From: a virus
Lineage: Duplodnaviria; Caudoviricetes
Length of the DNA stretch: 64,000 nt
Direction: 5' to 3' (one strand)
IMG/VR virus record: IMGVR_UViG_3300032250_000184
Location: 8,708 to 72,707 of that record
Of this stretch, positions 19,718 to 29,657 are shown piece by piece. Positions within the stretch are counted from its first letter, which is position 1; every line of letters starts with the position of its first letter. The position numbers were made by a program, and so were the translations under genes. The notes beneath the pieces are model-generated. The model ran no database searches. It saw nothing but the letters and a program-made list of their open reading frames with translations, and was not told the DNA's origin.

Positions 19718-20504
19718 TATATTCCTTAAAAGCTACAAACCAATCATCACCAGAAACTCTGTGCAACTCAAAGATTTCAGGTTTTTGTAAGTATGACATC
19801 AACAACAAAGTCTGGTCATCATCAATCAAGTCATTCTTAATTAATTCAGTAATGCTATGGTAAACTAAGGCTTCGAGTGTGGGCCACATATCCTTACTAG
19901 CAACAATACATGGACCTGTAATGTGTACATCATTGTTTGCAATAATATCTTGAATGTATGTACCATCAACATAATCTTTGATATTAAAAAAATGAATCTT
20001 CTCTTTATCAAAATTATATTTCCACTTCTTTACACCATTGAGTGTTGATGCATCACGGCAGTAGCCAAAATCTAACCAAGCGACCAAATCGGTTTTTATG
20101 AGTTGGCTCTGTAAAGCTCTTGTAACAAAGGACGACTTTAAAGCATTTACTACGACATAATCAGCGTTCCAATATTCTGGATTGCGTACTTGCATGGGAT
20201 TTATTTTAGATTGATATTCTGGATTCTTTTGTACTTTAGAAACTTCTCCTTTAAGTTTTTCAAAAGATTCATTAAAATCAATAATGAGTATTTCGGTTGG
20301 CCTATTTTGCCTCAAAAATCGTATATCATCAGAAAATTCTTTAGATGTATATACAACCATTGGATTTTCTAACTTGGCTAAGTGGCCAAATCTTTCCAAA
20401 TAGGTCTTACTTGTTCGTTGCAGATAGTGTGGTAATCCTTTTTCTGGAGTCCAATCACCTCTGCCAATATCAAAGAAAGCAGTTACAATTGTTATTTCAC
20501 TCAT
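19707..20504 (-). CDS. WlaTC/HtrL family glycosyltransferase
   Basis: IVTAFFDIGRGDW, AWLDFG, DDDQTLL. Confidence 0.75.
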   Translation of the reverse strand: MSEITIVTAFFDIGRGDWTPEKGLPHYLQRTSKTYLERFGHLAKLENPMVVYTSKEFSDDIRFLRQNRPTEILIIDFNESFEKLKGEVSKVQKNPEYQSKINPMQVRNPEYWNADYVVVNALKSSFVTRALQSQLIKTDLVAWLDFGYCRDASTLNGVKKWKYNFDKEKIHFFNIKDYVDGTYIQDIIANNDVHITGPCIVASKDMWPTLEALVYHSITELIKNDLIDDDQTLLLMSYLQKPEIFELHRVSGDDWFVAFKEYNED

Positions 20505-20506
20505 GA

Positions 20507-21280
20507 TTATTCTGTTCTAAATGTAAGCACTTCATCATCGGCTGGCCAATAATATTTTTTATAGTTGTTGATAATTTCAATATGTTCAGGTTGTTCTTCT
20601 ACAAACTTATCAAAATCAAAACCCTTCTGGTGATGATGTGTGTCTGTCATATAAGGATTCTCTGTGTAATCTTTTCCACAAAACATATAATAAGATACCA
20701 TAAAACAATCCATCCAACCTATTGTGGGATAATGATTGTCTTGAATATAATCCCATTGTTCATTGATATAGTTTGTTATTTTTGTATAATTCTTTAAGAA
20801 AGTCTTAACATTGTATATTGACCCTCCACCACCACCATAAAAATCTGTTTTAGGTCTTACACCAGAGAATCTCTCCATCATGTCTAAAACGGCCTCAGGA
20901 AAACGATTACCGTGACTTATTTTGTGGCATGACATTTCCCATTCATCGTGAACTGTAATTGGTTTTTTAATCCATACATCATCTTCTACCATCATGATGT
21001 GTGATGTGCCACAATTCTCAGCTGCATGGTGAAATCGTTTTAACCACAACAATACTCTTTCTTTTCTGTATCCAAATGGTTGTGATGGATAACCAAGTTT
21101 TTCATCAAAGTAATTATAATCTAATTTATATTGTTTGGCAATATCCGACAAATCATCTGCCGCATCCGATCCTAAAAAATAGTAAGCATCTGGATGGTAT
21201 TGTCTAATGTTACTAACAACTTTTTCTGTTGAAATCTTTTTACCAGCAGAGGCTAAGTGTAGAAATGATATAGATGCCAT
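20507..21280 (-). CDS. GT-A fold glycosyltransferase-like protein
   Basis: MMVEDDVW acidic motif; start at 21280 by TAATG coupling. Confidence 0.55.
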   Translation of the reverse strand: MASISFLHLASAGKKISTEKVVSNIRQYHPDAYYFLGSDAADDLSDIAKQYKLDYNYFDEKLGYPSQPFGYRKERVLLWLKRFHHAAENCGTSHIMMVEDDVWIKKPITVHDEWEMSCHKISHGNRFPEAVLDMMERFSGVRPKTDFYGGGGGSIYNVKTFLKNYTKITNYINEQWDYIQDNHYPTIGWMDCFMVSYYMFCGKDYTENPYMTDTHHHQKGFDFDKFVEEQPEHIEIINNYKKYYWPADDEVLTFRTE

Positions 21281-22281
21281 TACATCAACCTGTCTTTCCA
21301 TGTTTTAGGTGTCTTGTCGGAGATTATTTCTAATGGGTAAGAATAATCAAACTCTTTAGGTCCCTTTTTCTTAATATAGTCCACAGTTTCTTGAATGGAC
21401 TTTTCTAATGTAGTTTTGGTCTCATACTGTAATAACCATCTGGCTTTATCGGCAGAACAATCAGCATGTTTAACTTCTCTTGGACGGTCAGGCATATGAA
21501 TTGCTGCACCATCGAATCCTGTTTCTTTTGCAACCAATACTGCCAACTCTTTGATTGAGATTGTACCATCGTCAGGACCAATATTGATAATCTCACCAAC
21601 AACCTTTGGATCCAATGCCATCTTCTCCAAACAGTTGATACAGTCAGCAACATAAGAGAAACAACGGGTTTGATTGCCATCGCCATAGATGATTGCAGGT
21701 AGACCACGGAGATTACGATTGGCCATGATACTCATTACATTACGGAAAGGGTCATCAAACTTTTGGCGAGGACCAACGATGTTATGTGGTACAGCAATGT
21801 TCCATTCCATGCCATGAGTTTCAGCAAGAATTTTTAATACATCTTCACCACCAACTTTAGCGACACCATATGGGTCTACTGGTTTGGGTGCCATATCTTC
21901 TGTGAAAGGATGTGGTTGATTGCCGTATCGTGCCATCGAAGTGCAATATACAAATCGTTTTACTTTATTCTGAACAGCCGCAGAGATTGTTGCAACAGAA
22001 GCTTCAAAGATATTTTTTGTAATGAAACTAGGACTGAATACTGATAGTCCTTCATGTGCAGTTGCAGCTGAGTGTATAACAACATCACAACCTTGCATGA
22101 TGTAAGTCATTTTTTCAATGTCACAACAGTCTACAACATAGAGTGTTGCTTTTTGGGGAACATTATCACGATAACCACCAATTAAAGTGTCGTTACCAAC
22201 AACTTCATGTCCCAATTCAATCATTCTATCTGCAAGGTGACTACCTAAGAAACCTGCAATTCCTGTAATAAAGATTTTCAT
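21280..22281 (-). CDS. NAD-dependent sugar epimerase/dehydratase (extended SDR)
   Basis: ITGIAGFLGS, STMARYG-like TSMARYG, YGVAK, HNIVGP. Confidence 0.92.
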   Translation of the reverse strand: MKIFITGIAGFLGSHLADRMIELGHEVVGNDTLIGGYRDNVPQKATLYVVDCCDIEKMTYIMQGCDVVIHSAATAHEGLSVFSPSFITKNIFEASVATISAAVQNKVKRFVYCTSMARYGNQPHPFTEDMAPKPVDPYGVAKVGGEDVLKILAETHGMEWNIAVPHNIVGPRQKFDDPFRNVMSIMANRNLRGLPAIIYGDGNQTRCFSYVADCINCLEKMALDPKVVGEIINIGPDDGTISIKELAVLVAKETGFDGAAIHMPDRPREVKHADCSADKARWLLQYETKTTLEKSIQETVDYIKKKGPKEFDYSYPLEIISDKTPKTWKDRLM

Positions 22282-22808
22282 TATACTCTCTTTAAAATTG
22301 TTAAACCGTTGTTATTGGTTCGTCTTTCAATTAATTGCCATTCAGGATGCGAATCCATAAATTCTTGAATTGCTTGCCAAATTCCTTTTCCACCAAATTC
22401 ACCACGGTCAGCAAATAATGTGGTGTCATGGAACAACAAATATTTTTTAACTTTACCTGCGTGTAGTTCTAATTCTTTTTGTACCTGTTCATAAACATGT
22501 AGACTGTCTACCAACATCAAATCGGTTTCTTCAATTTGAATATTTCTTGTATCAGCAATATGTAGTGTTACATTTCGGCCAGCATTTCTTGCTTGAACAA
22601 AGAAATCAACAATTCCAGGTTGTGGAGAGTATTCATAACTATGTAACTCAACATCATGTCGTAAGAAAGCTCTAGTGCTTTGAGCCCAACCAACACCAAG
22701 TTCGGTTACATGATTGCATTGCGATGTTAAATCGGATAATACTGGTAAATGTTCATGTATGTCGGTAACTCTTATACACGCATCTTGATATTCTTTTTCA
22801 AAGTCCAT
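22281..22808 (-). CDS. Class I SAM-dependent methyltransferase (Methyltransf_24-like)
   Basis: VTELGV, DLMLVDSLHVYEQ, LFHDT. Confidence 0.75.
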   Translation of the reverse strand: MDFEKEYQDACIRVTDIHEHLPVLSDLTSQCNHVTELGVGWAQSTRAFLRHDVELHSYEYSPQPGIVDFFVQARNAGRNVTLHIADTRNIQIEETDLMLVDSLHVYEQVQKELELHAGKVKKYLLFHDTTLFADRGEFGGKGIWQAIQEFMDSHPEWQLIERRTNNNGLTILKRV

Positions 22809-23665
22809 TATGTTGTCCTAAATGTAATTAAATCTTCTTGTCCGTATTTTTTCTCAACAAACTTTTTCCATTCAGGTACTCGGTCATATTGATGCACAAT
22901 ACAGAAAGGTTGTCCCAAAGATGTCTTAACAACACCTTCCTCAAATTTAGGCTCAGCCTCCAGTAGATGTGGCCTAAACTGTTCTATTTTGGATGGATCT
23001 ACTGTTGTTCCTGCCTGACATGCCCATCCATCCAATTGATATGCAAAATAAGTAATGTCACTATATGGTACAGTATTGATTAATACATTGTAGACCGCTT
23101 GGTCAACGATAGGAATTGGTCGGTTGGTGGCATTAGTGAAGATGTTGAATACTAAGTCTTTAACATACTCCGATTCACCACCAATCGTTCCTACATTGTA
23201 AATTGTATTGTCTTTGAATAGACTGTGTACATACGGACCATAGGCTTGCATTAAGTTCTCATTACCCCAAGGCTCATCTTTGTATCTCATACCTTCTGAA
23301 CCGGCAACCAATTTACAAGAACCTAAATTGTTTTCTAACCATTGAAATGGATTCTTTTGAAAATATACATCTTTAACATCTGTGGTAACCACATATCGAT
23401 ATTTGTTATAGTTTGTTCTTAGATATTCGTATATGGAAAGAAAACGAAGAACATGCACAGGAATATTTGCTTGTGGCATATCAACTAAAGTGAAATTTCT
23501 CTTTATTAGTTCATCTTTAGTTTCTTGTGAAGCATTACCAACAACCATTACCTTTTCGATGTTGTCTGAACCATACAGTTCATCAATCGATTCAACCCAA
23601 GGCTTTAGTTGATTGTAATTGTAATTTGTAAATGCACCAATGATTAAATCTTTTTTGCTCGCCAT
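22808..23665 (-). CDS. Glycosyltransferase-like protein
   Basis: TTDVKDVYFQ, NVGTIGG, DQAVYN, HQYDR. Confidence 0.65.
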   Translation of the reverse strand: MASKKDLIIGAFTNYNYNQLKPWVESIDELYGSDNIEKVMVVGNASQETKDELIKRNFTLVDMPQANIPVHVLRFLSIYEYLRTNYNKYRYVVTTDVKDVYFQKNPFQWLENNLGSCKLVAGSEGMRYKDEPWGNENLMQAYGPYVHSLFKDNTIYNVGTIGGESEYVKDLVFNIFTNATNRPIPIVDQAVYNVLINTVPYSDITYFAYQLDGWACQAGTTVDPSKIEQFRPHLLEAEPKFEEGVVKTSLGQPFCIVHQYDRVPEWKKFVEKKYGQEDLITFRTT

Positions 23666-24360
23666 GGGAAAACTCCATTATATTTTTCATTCATTATCTT
23701 ATTACCATTCTGAAAGAATTCTGCTGTAACAGAACCTTGACCACCGTCCACTCTATAACAAGTTGTGTATTCACCAGTGCAATAGAACTTGGGAAAATGT
23801 TTAGTGATTGCCTGTAGAAAAACTCTATCTTGTCCCCAACCACCGTGCCAAACACTTGCAATTTTTGTTGCCACATCTGTTTTTATAAAATAACAATTAG
23901 TATCTATGTGATGATGGCCATGATATGTTGGCCAAATACCTAAAGATTCACAGTCATCAAAGGTGACCAGTTTTCCTTGTTTGTTGTATATCTGTCGTAA
24001 CGAATAACACCAGTCTAGGTTTGATTTTTGAATTGTGTCAATACACTCTTTAACATGTGATCGATGTAACCAATTATCTTGATCCAGATAAGAAACATAT
24101 TCAGTATCAACTAGGTGGGTAAATGCAGCATAGACACGGTGACCATAGAAACCTTTGGCACCGACATTGATGGGTAATGAACAAATTCGTACTCGTTCAT
24201 CATTTAGAGTTGAATCCAATACTTCTAATGTTTTTTCTACATTCTCATCACCATCAATTACAACGTAACATGTGGTAGGATGACTTTGATTCAGAACAGA
24301 TTCGACAGCAAGTTTAACTTCTGGTGATCCAGTAGTTGGTATAATCACGGTAGCAGACAT
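23644..24360 (-). CDS. Glycosyltransferase family 2
   Basis: VIIPTTG, VVIDG, YLDQDNW DxD. Confidence 0.85.
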   Translation of the reverse strand: MSATVIIPTTGSPEVKLAVESVLNQSHPTTCYVVIDGDENVEKTLEVLDSTLNDERVRICSLPINVGAKGFYGHRVYAAFTHLVDTEYVSYLDQDNWLHRSHVKECIDTIQKSNLDWCYSLRQIYNKQGKLVTFDDCESLGIWPTYHGHHHIDTNCYFIKTDVATKIASVWHGGWGQDRVFLQAITKHFPKFYCTGEYTTCYRVDGGQGSVTAEFFQNGNKIMNEKYNGVFPWRAKKI

Positions 24361-24363
24361 AAT

Positions 24364-24645
24364 TTAATCCCTAGTTAATTTCAATATTCTTTCAATTTGT
24401 TTTTCAATAATCGGTTTACGATTAGGCCAATATATGTATTCTTTGTCTCCAGTCGAATACAACTTCTGAAGAAAAGGAATAATCATCTTTTCCACTTCTT
24501 GTAATCTAACTTTATAATCATCAGCCGTTTCAGCTGTCTTATTGATAACAGCATTGTATTCTTCTTCACTTACAGCAGAAAAACCAAAGTCATCTTCAAT
24601 GCCAGCATACTCTTTTGCGAGTTTATCAAAATCAATTAATCCCAT
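24364..24645 (-). CDS. Conserved hypothetical protein
   Basis: Compact ORF in operon (DDFGFSAV...IYWPNR). Confidence 0.65.
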   Translation of the reverse strand: MGLIDFDKLAKEYAGIEDDFGFSAVSEEEYNAVINKTAETADDYKVRLQEVEKMIIPFLQKLYSTGDKEYIYWPNRKPIIEKQIERILKLTRD

Positions 24646-24653
24646 GGTGTACC

Positions 24654-25754
24654 TTAACTATATTTAATGAATATACTACTGTTTGATGTTGCTGAAGAAC
24701 CATATCCATACAACCAACTAAGAACTTGATCTAATTTTTTAGCTTGAGATACAGTATAAACATAATCTACACCTATATATTTTGACATCCACCAGGTTTT
24801 ATCTTGTTTCTGATAACTCTTGGCCTCAGCAACCAATTCATCAATTTTCTTTTTAGATCCAGTTAAACTCTTAAACATCATAGCAAAGTTTTTAAAAGTC
24901 GCTTCGGTTGGTCTATCAATTTGACTTTGAAATTGTTGTGGTATCATTAGTTTATTTTGTGGCACACCAGATTCAATTGCAGCTCTCATTACAAGTCCGC
25001 CTCCAATTTTACCGCCGGCCGCAGTTTTACCTTTGATTTCACCTTGCCATGAACTTGGTACAGGACGACTTGAGAAATTTCTTAATTGAATCTCTCCTGA
25101 TCCTTTACCTGGAGCATTAAATTGTAAATAGATGTCTTTAGAGTCGAACATATTTTGGCCCAACTTAACACCAGTGAATTTAGCAATAACAGGTTTTCCA
25201 TTATTAAAAATTTCAGAATGTGGTTGACCTTTAGGCACTTTTTTGAGTGAAATTCCAATCAAGTTTGTTTTTGCGAATTCATTATAAATGTATAAATTGT
25301 ACTCACTCAAAGTTTTAAATCCGCCTTTAAAATTAAATCCTTTTTTTATCATCCAAATATCCGCTGGATTCCATTTGTCATCACCAGTGATACCACTATC
25401 TTTTCTGAATTTACCAAATTCACTATAAATTAAACCAACGATTCTTCCACCACGATGAAAAGTAAATTTCTGTGAAGAACTATCTGGTACATCACGAAAT
25501 ATTTGATTGGCAGTAACAATGACACTATGAAACCAATCGTCATCTAATGTCGCCAAACAAGATTTTAGTGTTCTATCACAATCAGCATCCTTAGTTGTCT
25601 TTTCGGTAACTTCAGATATATCGGTCAAATCTCTACCCAAATATTGTCTGGTTGCACAGGTATAAGCCTGTAGTGATTCAGCTAAGGCAGTCACTTCAGA
25701 TCCGGCACCAGAACCCATTGTAGGTGCATTGTTTACTTTTGTAGGAATTTTCAT
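24654..25754 (-). CDS. Putative PD-(D/E)XK restriction-endonuclease-like protein
   Basis: AESLQ helix, DKWNPADIW, GISLKK core pattern; fold assignment is inference. Confidence 0.5.
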   Translation of the reverse strand: MKIPTKVNNAPTMGSGAGSEVTALAESLQAYTCATRQYLGRDLTDISEVTEKTTKDADCDRTLKSCLATLDDDWFHSVIVTANQIFRDVPDSSSQKFTFHRGGRIVGLIYSEFGKFRKDSGITGDDKWNPADIWMIKKGFNFKGGFKTLSEYNLYIYNEFAKTNLIGISLKKVPKGQPHSEIFNNGKPVIAKFTGVKLGQNMFDSKDIYLQFNAPGKGSGEIQLRNFSSRPVPSSWQGEIKGKTAAGGKIGGGLVMRAAIESGVPQNKLMIPQQFQSQIDRPTEATFKNFAMMFKSLTGSKKKIDELVAEAKSYQKQDKTWWMSKYIGVDYVYTVSQAKKLDQVLSWLYGYGSSATSNSSIFIKYS

Positions 25755-25755
25755 T

Positions 25756-25813
25756 TAAATACTCAATAGTTGTTTAAGAGTATTTATTATACACACCTAC
25801 CGGATAATGTCAA
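25756..25813 (-). promoter_or_regulatory. Overlapping sigma70 promoter, late promoter and RBS-covering inverted repeat
   Basis: TTGACA 25813-25808, TATAAT 25791-25786 (16-nt spacer); ATAAATA 25787-25781; arms TAAATACTC/GAGTATTTA. Confidence 0.6.
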
Positions 25814-26903
25814 TATTTGTGTCGTTGGTCCATATCTCAAGTGTTGTGCGGAGACGACCTTCTGTTTTCAATGTATCATAACGGTTACTGGCTTTCTGTT
25901 TCCACCATTGTATCACATTTTCCAATTCATGTTTATGGTAGTTTTCACCAGGTAAAAGAGTATCCGTTTTACAGGTTACATAATCAACCATGTTCTTAAA
26001 ACCATAATCTGAAATATAGTATCGTTTCTGTTCTGTCAACTTTTTAGCATTTTCAATCGTTGTATCAAATGCAGACAGTTCATCTGTACCTTTCAATGCA
26101 GCTCTGGTTAAAGATATCATCTTCATAGAGATTTTTAGTTTACGACTAGAAATTCCATCATCAACAAACTTTCCAATTTTTGATTCAACAAATGCAACCA
26201 AATCTGAATAAGGTTTACCATGCATCATAGGCAAAAAATCTGATTCTGTCAAGCCTTTATATCGAATATATGGTTTCATGCCATCATATTGTGAAGATGC
26301 CTTTGTTGAACCATACAGACTTGTGGTCTCAAATAAACACATATTCATATTGTATTTTTTGTTTACCAGTTCTCTTACTGTGTGACTGGTGCAGATTGCA
26401 GCCAGTAGTTTGCCACCAAGATAATTGAAACCAAATGGTTGTGCTGGTACAATAACAAACCCCATCATTGCGGAGTCATTGAATCGTTTACCCCACTCAG
26501 GTTGTTGCGTAAACACTTGTCCAAGCATTTCATTTCGTGGTCGACAGTTGATGACAGGTGAACCTAACCGAATGAAACCTACGAACTTTCCTGAGTTCTT
26601 TTCTTTAACGGCAAGTTTTAATTGACGACCAACAGGTGCAATATTGATATGTGAACTGGTAATACTCAACAATGTTTCCCATGTATCACTTGGAATTTCC
26701 AATACTTCTAGATCCATATCGTTTGGATGCATTGAAAAATCGGAGAATAAATCTTCTTCAATTGGAAATAATGGGTTGATTGAGATTTCAGAAAGAGAGG
26801 CTAGTTTCTGGTCACGCATATAATCATCGATGCGAGCAAAGTTACCAAAGTAATCTTGGAACACCTTAGCAACATGAATACCATCTTCTTTACTTAACAT
26901 CAT
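25797..26903 (-). CDS. DUF4338 / DruA-like protein (paralog 1)
   Basis: GRQLKL, GFIRLGSP, IVPAQPFGFNYLGGKLLA, ETTSLYG, SQYDG. Confidence 0.7.
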   Translation of the reverse strand: MMLSKEDGIHVAKVFQDYFGNFARIDDYMRDQKLASLSEISINPLFPIEEDLFSDFSMHPNDMDLEVLEIPSDTWETLLSITSSHINIAPVGRQLKLAVKEKNSGKFVGFIRLGSPVINCRPRNEMLGQVFTQQPEWGKRFNDSAMMGFVIVPAQPFGFNYLGGKLLAAICTSHTVRELVNKKYNMNMCLFETTSLYGSTKASSQYDGMKPYIRYKGLTESDFLPMMHGKPYSDLVAFVESKIGKFVDDGISSRKLKISMKMISLTRAALKGTDELSAFDTTIENAKKLTEQKRYYISDYGFKNMVDYVTCKTDTLLPGENYHKHELENVIQWWKQKASNRYDTLKTEGRLRTTLEIWTNDTNIDIIR

Positions 26904-28282
26904 ACTTTAAAGCCTTCAAATTTCTTTTCATGTTTAATTTTGTTGTGAGCACCAATACCAGAATGGCCAGCATCAGCAATACCCATTTGTGCAGACTGTT
27001 CGATATCAAACAATTTCATCTTTGCACGGTCAACACCAAGAGTGAATCGTTTATGAAATGTTGGATCATTGTATCGATTCTTCAGTTGTTTCACCATAAT
27101 CTGGCCAAGTTCTTCCAGTTCTTCGGAAGAAATCAAAGCAAACATTAAGTCGGCGGTTGCAGGTAACCCGAATGACTCACTCGTATCTTCCAAACCAGGA
27201 TCGCTCGATGTAAATCCACTCCTTGTAGTCTGTGTAGCAGATACAATAGGAACATTATGTTCAACCGCAAGGCCCCTAAGTTCTTCTGCGATTGACTTAA
27301 CGTAAGTGTAAGAGTTAATATTCGCACCAGCCTTAATACGAGAAGAACAACAGATATTAAGATAATCAATAAAGATAATGTCAGGTACGAAAGACCTTTT
27401 GAGATTGAGTTCATTTAATAAAGTTCTGAAGTGTGTAACGGAAGCAGAAGCTGTTGGGTATTCTTTAATGATAAGTTTGCCGGTACATTTCTCACGAACT
27501 CGAGCAACCTTCTTGTCATATAAATCTTTAGGTAGTTCCATCAAATCATCAAGTGAAACATTCAATAAGTTTGCATCTATTCTTTCAGCAATCTTTTCTT
27601 CAGCCATTTCAAGTGTAATATATAACACATTTTTTCCTTGAACCATAGCACCGGCAGCAACATGACACATAAACAAAGATTTACCAACGCCAGTACCAGC
27701 AAGAGCAATATTAAGGGTTTTGGTAGGTAGTCCTCCCTTTGTAATTTTGTTAAAATATTCCAAATCAAAGGGTATTCGTTCTTCTTTTCTATGGTAAAAT
27801 TCATATCGTTCATCTGAGTTTTCTAAGTAATCATGCCCTACGGAGTTGTCGAAAGAAATGGCCAAAGCATCCGATAATATCTTGGGAATCGCACCTTTGT
27901 CATTTGTTTTATCTTTACCATCGAGAATTGAAATAGACCCCAATACTGCATTGTATATCGCCTTCTCTTGGCAAAACGATTCGGTTTTGTCAACAAGCCA
28001 TTGAATCTTGGTTTCTGTTTGGCCATTAGCTTCGATTTCTTTAAGATAAGATTCACATCTCTTAACTTCGTCATCCGTGAGATTACGCCTTTCTTTGACG
28101 GCAATACCAATTGCTTCAACCGATGGCGCAGCATTGTAAGTTTCCGTGAACGATGTAATCTCATTAAATAACGTCCTCTCTACACTATCACTAAAATATT
28201 CCGTCTTTAAAAATGGTAAAACTTTCCGTAGAAATTCTTCATTATAAATCAGGGTTTTTAATATCGTCTGTTCCAGTTTCAT
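26900..28282 (-). CDS. 41: Replicative DNA helicase (gp41)
   Basis: AGTGVGKS Walker A, IFIDYLN, SATQTTR, KQLKNRY. Confidence 0.96.
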   Translation of the reverse strand: MKLEQTILKTLIYNEEFLRKVLPFLKTEYFSDSVERTLFNEITSFTETYNAAPSVEAIGIAVKERRNLTDDEVKRCESYLKEIEANGQTETKIQWLVDKTESFCQEKAIYNAVLGSISILDGKDKTNDKGAIPKILSDALAISFDNSVGHDYLENSDERYEFYHRKEERIPFDLEYFNKITKGGLPTKTLNIALAGTGVGKSLFMCHVAAGAMVQGKNVLYITLEMAEEKIAERIDANLLNVSLDDLMELPKDLYDKKVARVREKCTGKLIIKEYPTASASVTHFRTLLNELNLKRSFVPDIIFIDYLNICCSSRIKAGANINSYTYVKSIAEELRGLAVEHNVPIVSATQTTRSGFTSSDPGLEDTSESFGLPATADLMFALISSEELEELGQIMVKQLKNRYNDPTFHKRFTLGVDRAKMKLFDIEQSAQMGIADAGHSGIGAHNKIKHEKKFEGFKV

Positions 28283-28562
28283 CCACTATTTCCTGCTCAA
28301 TATTATTTGACATCAATTCGACAAGCAAATCACCTAGGTAATCTTTAAACTTGCCATCTTTCTCCAGTTTCTTAGGAGTATCTACGGTGGATTCTAACAC
28401 ATCGTAGGCGAAAAGTAAATAGATTTGTTCATTTTCTTCTTTGAACTTTACCTTACCATATTTGAATAGGGTGTCTTTATATGGTCCTTGCAATAATCTG
28501 ATGTTTACCGCAGTATTATCATCTTTAGGATAGATGAAACAATAATCAATACCTTCTGTCAT
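28242..28562 (-). CDS. gp40-like protein
   Basis: Size and position between uvsX and 41 as in T4. Confidence 0.5.
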   Translation of the reverse strand: MTEGIDYCFIYPKDDNTAVNIRLLQGPYKDTLFKYGKVKFKEENEQIYLLFAYDVLESTVDTPKKLEKDGKFKDYLGDLLVELMSNNIEQEIVDETGTDDIKNPDL

Positions 28563-29635
28563 TATTCGGATCCATTTATAGTTTCAACTTCATCAAACAA
28601 GTTTTCACTACCACCTTGCATGATTTCACCAGAAGCAATCTGATATTTGTCGGTCACAAATTTTTGAAACTTTTTGTTTTTCAAGATTGGCATCCAGAAA
28701 GTGGATGTATCGGTTTCTTTGATACGATATTTTTTATCTTCAATGACACCATCTTCATCTACTTTCGAGTACCAGCCATTAGAAGGTTTAACAACAAATC
28801 CACCATCGAGTGCAATATCAAGTAACCCACTCCAACGGCTAATACCACCATCAAAAGATACAGAAACGGGGATTTTTGATTTTTCTTTGACATATCTGGA
28901 TTTCTCCACATTGATTATGAAATTATAACCAACAACTTCTGTACCTTCTTTTTCTTGTTGGCGACCAAGGATAAAGATGTTATCGGCAGAATAGTAAGAA
29001 CCTGTACCACCGCCAACGATATCTTTAGGAAACATACCAATTTCTTTGTAAGTATGATTAACTACAATCATTGGAATATCTTTCATTGTCAGATGAGGTG
29101 TTACCATTCTGAATAATGATTTGACTTGTTTTGCACGGGACATATCTGCAACAGATTTGCCTTCGAGTGCATCATCAACTTCTTTCTTAGATGCCAAGTT
29201 ACCAATTGAATCAATGATGATAATCAATTTATCATTTCGTTCTAAACTTGTCAACTGTTGCATTATATCAAACTTCAATTGTTCAATGTCGGTAAGTGGT
29301 GTATGTAGAACTCTGTCAGTATCAATACCAAAAGAATCAAAGTAGGATTGTGGTGTGCCAAATTCTGAATCATAAAAGAGTAAAGCGGATTCAGGATATT
29401 TGTCAAGATATGATTTGGCCATCAATAATGAAAATGCAGTTTTAAAATGTTTGGATGGACCTGCCCACATTGTAAGACCTGGTGTCAAACCACCATCGAG
29501 TTTACCACTTAGTGCCACATTAATGATTGGCACCGATGTTGCAATCATATCCTTCTGTGTGAAGAATTTTGATTTGGATAGAATGGCCGATTCTTTGATA
29601 CTACTATTCTTTTTGATTTTATCTAATATACTCAT
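28562..29635 (-). CDS. uvsX: UvsX RecA-like recombinase
   Basis: GPSKHFKT, LFYDSEFG, IIDSIGNLAS, GGGTG. Confidence 0.96.
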   Translation of the reverse strand: MSILDKIKKNSSIKESAILSKSKFFTQKDMIATSVPIINVALSGKLDGGLTPGLTMWAGPSKHFKTAFSLLMAKSYLDKYPESALLFYDSEFGTPQSYFDSFGIDTDRVLHTPLTDIEQLKFDIMQQLTSLERNDKLIIIIDSIGNLASKKEVDDALEGKSVADMSRAKQVKSLFRMVTPHLTMKDIPMIVVNHTYKEIGMFPKDIVGGGTGSYYSADNIFILGRQQEKEGTEVVGYNFIINVEKSRYVKEKSKIPVSVSFDGGISRWSGLLDIALDGGFVVKPSNGWYSKVDEDGVIEDKKYRIKETDTSTFWMPILKNKKFQKFVTDKYQIASGEIMQGGSENLFDEVETINGSE

Positions 29636-29657
29636 AATTCACCTTTTTAAAAAACCA

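Noticed and set aside
25797-26903. Complete Druantia defence system
   Set aside because: No DruE helicase or other Dru subunits adjacent; the neighbouring helicase is gp41
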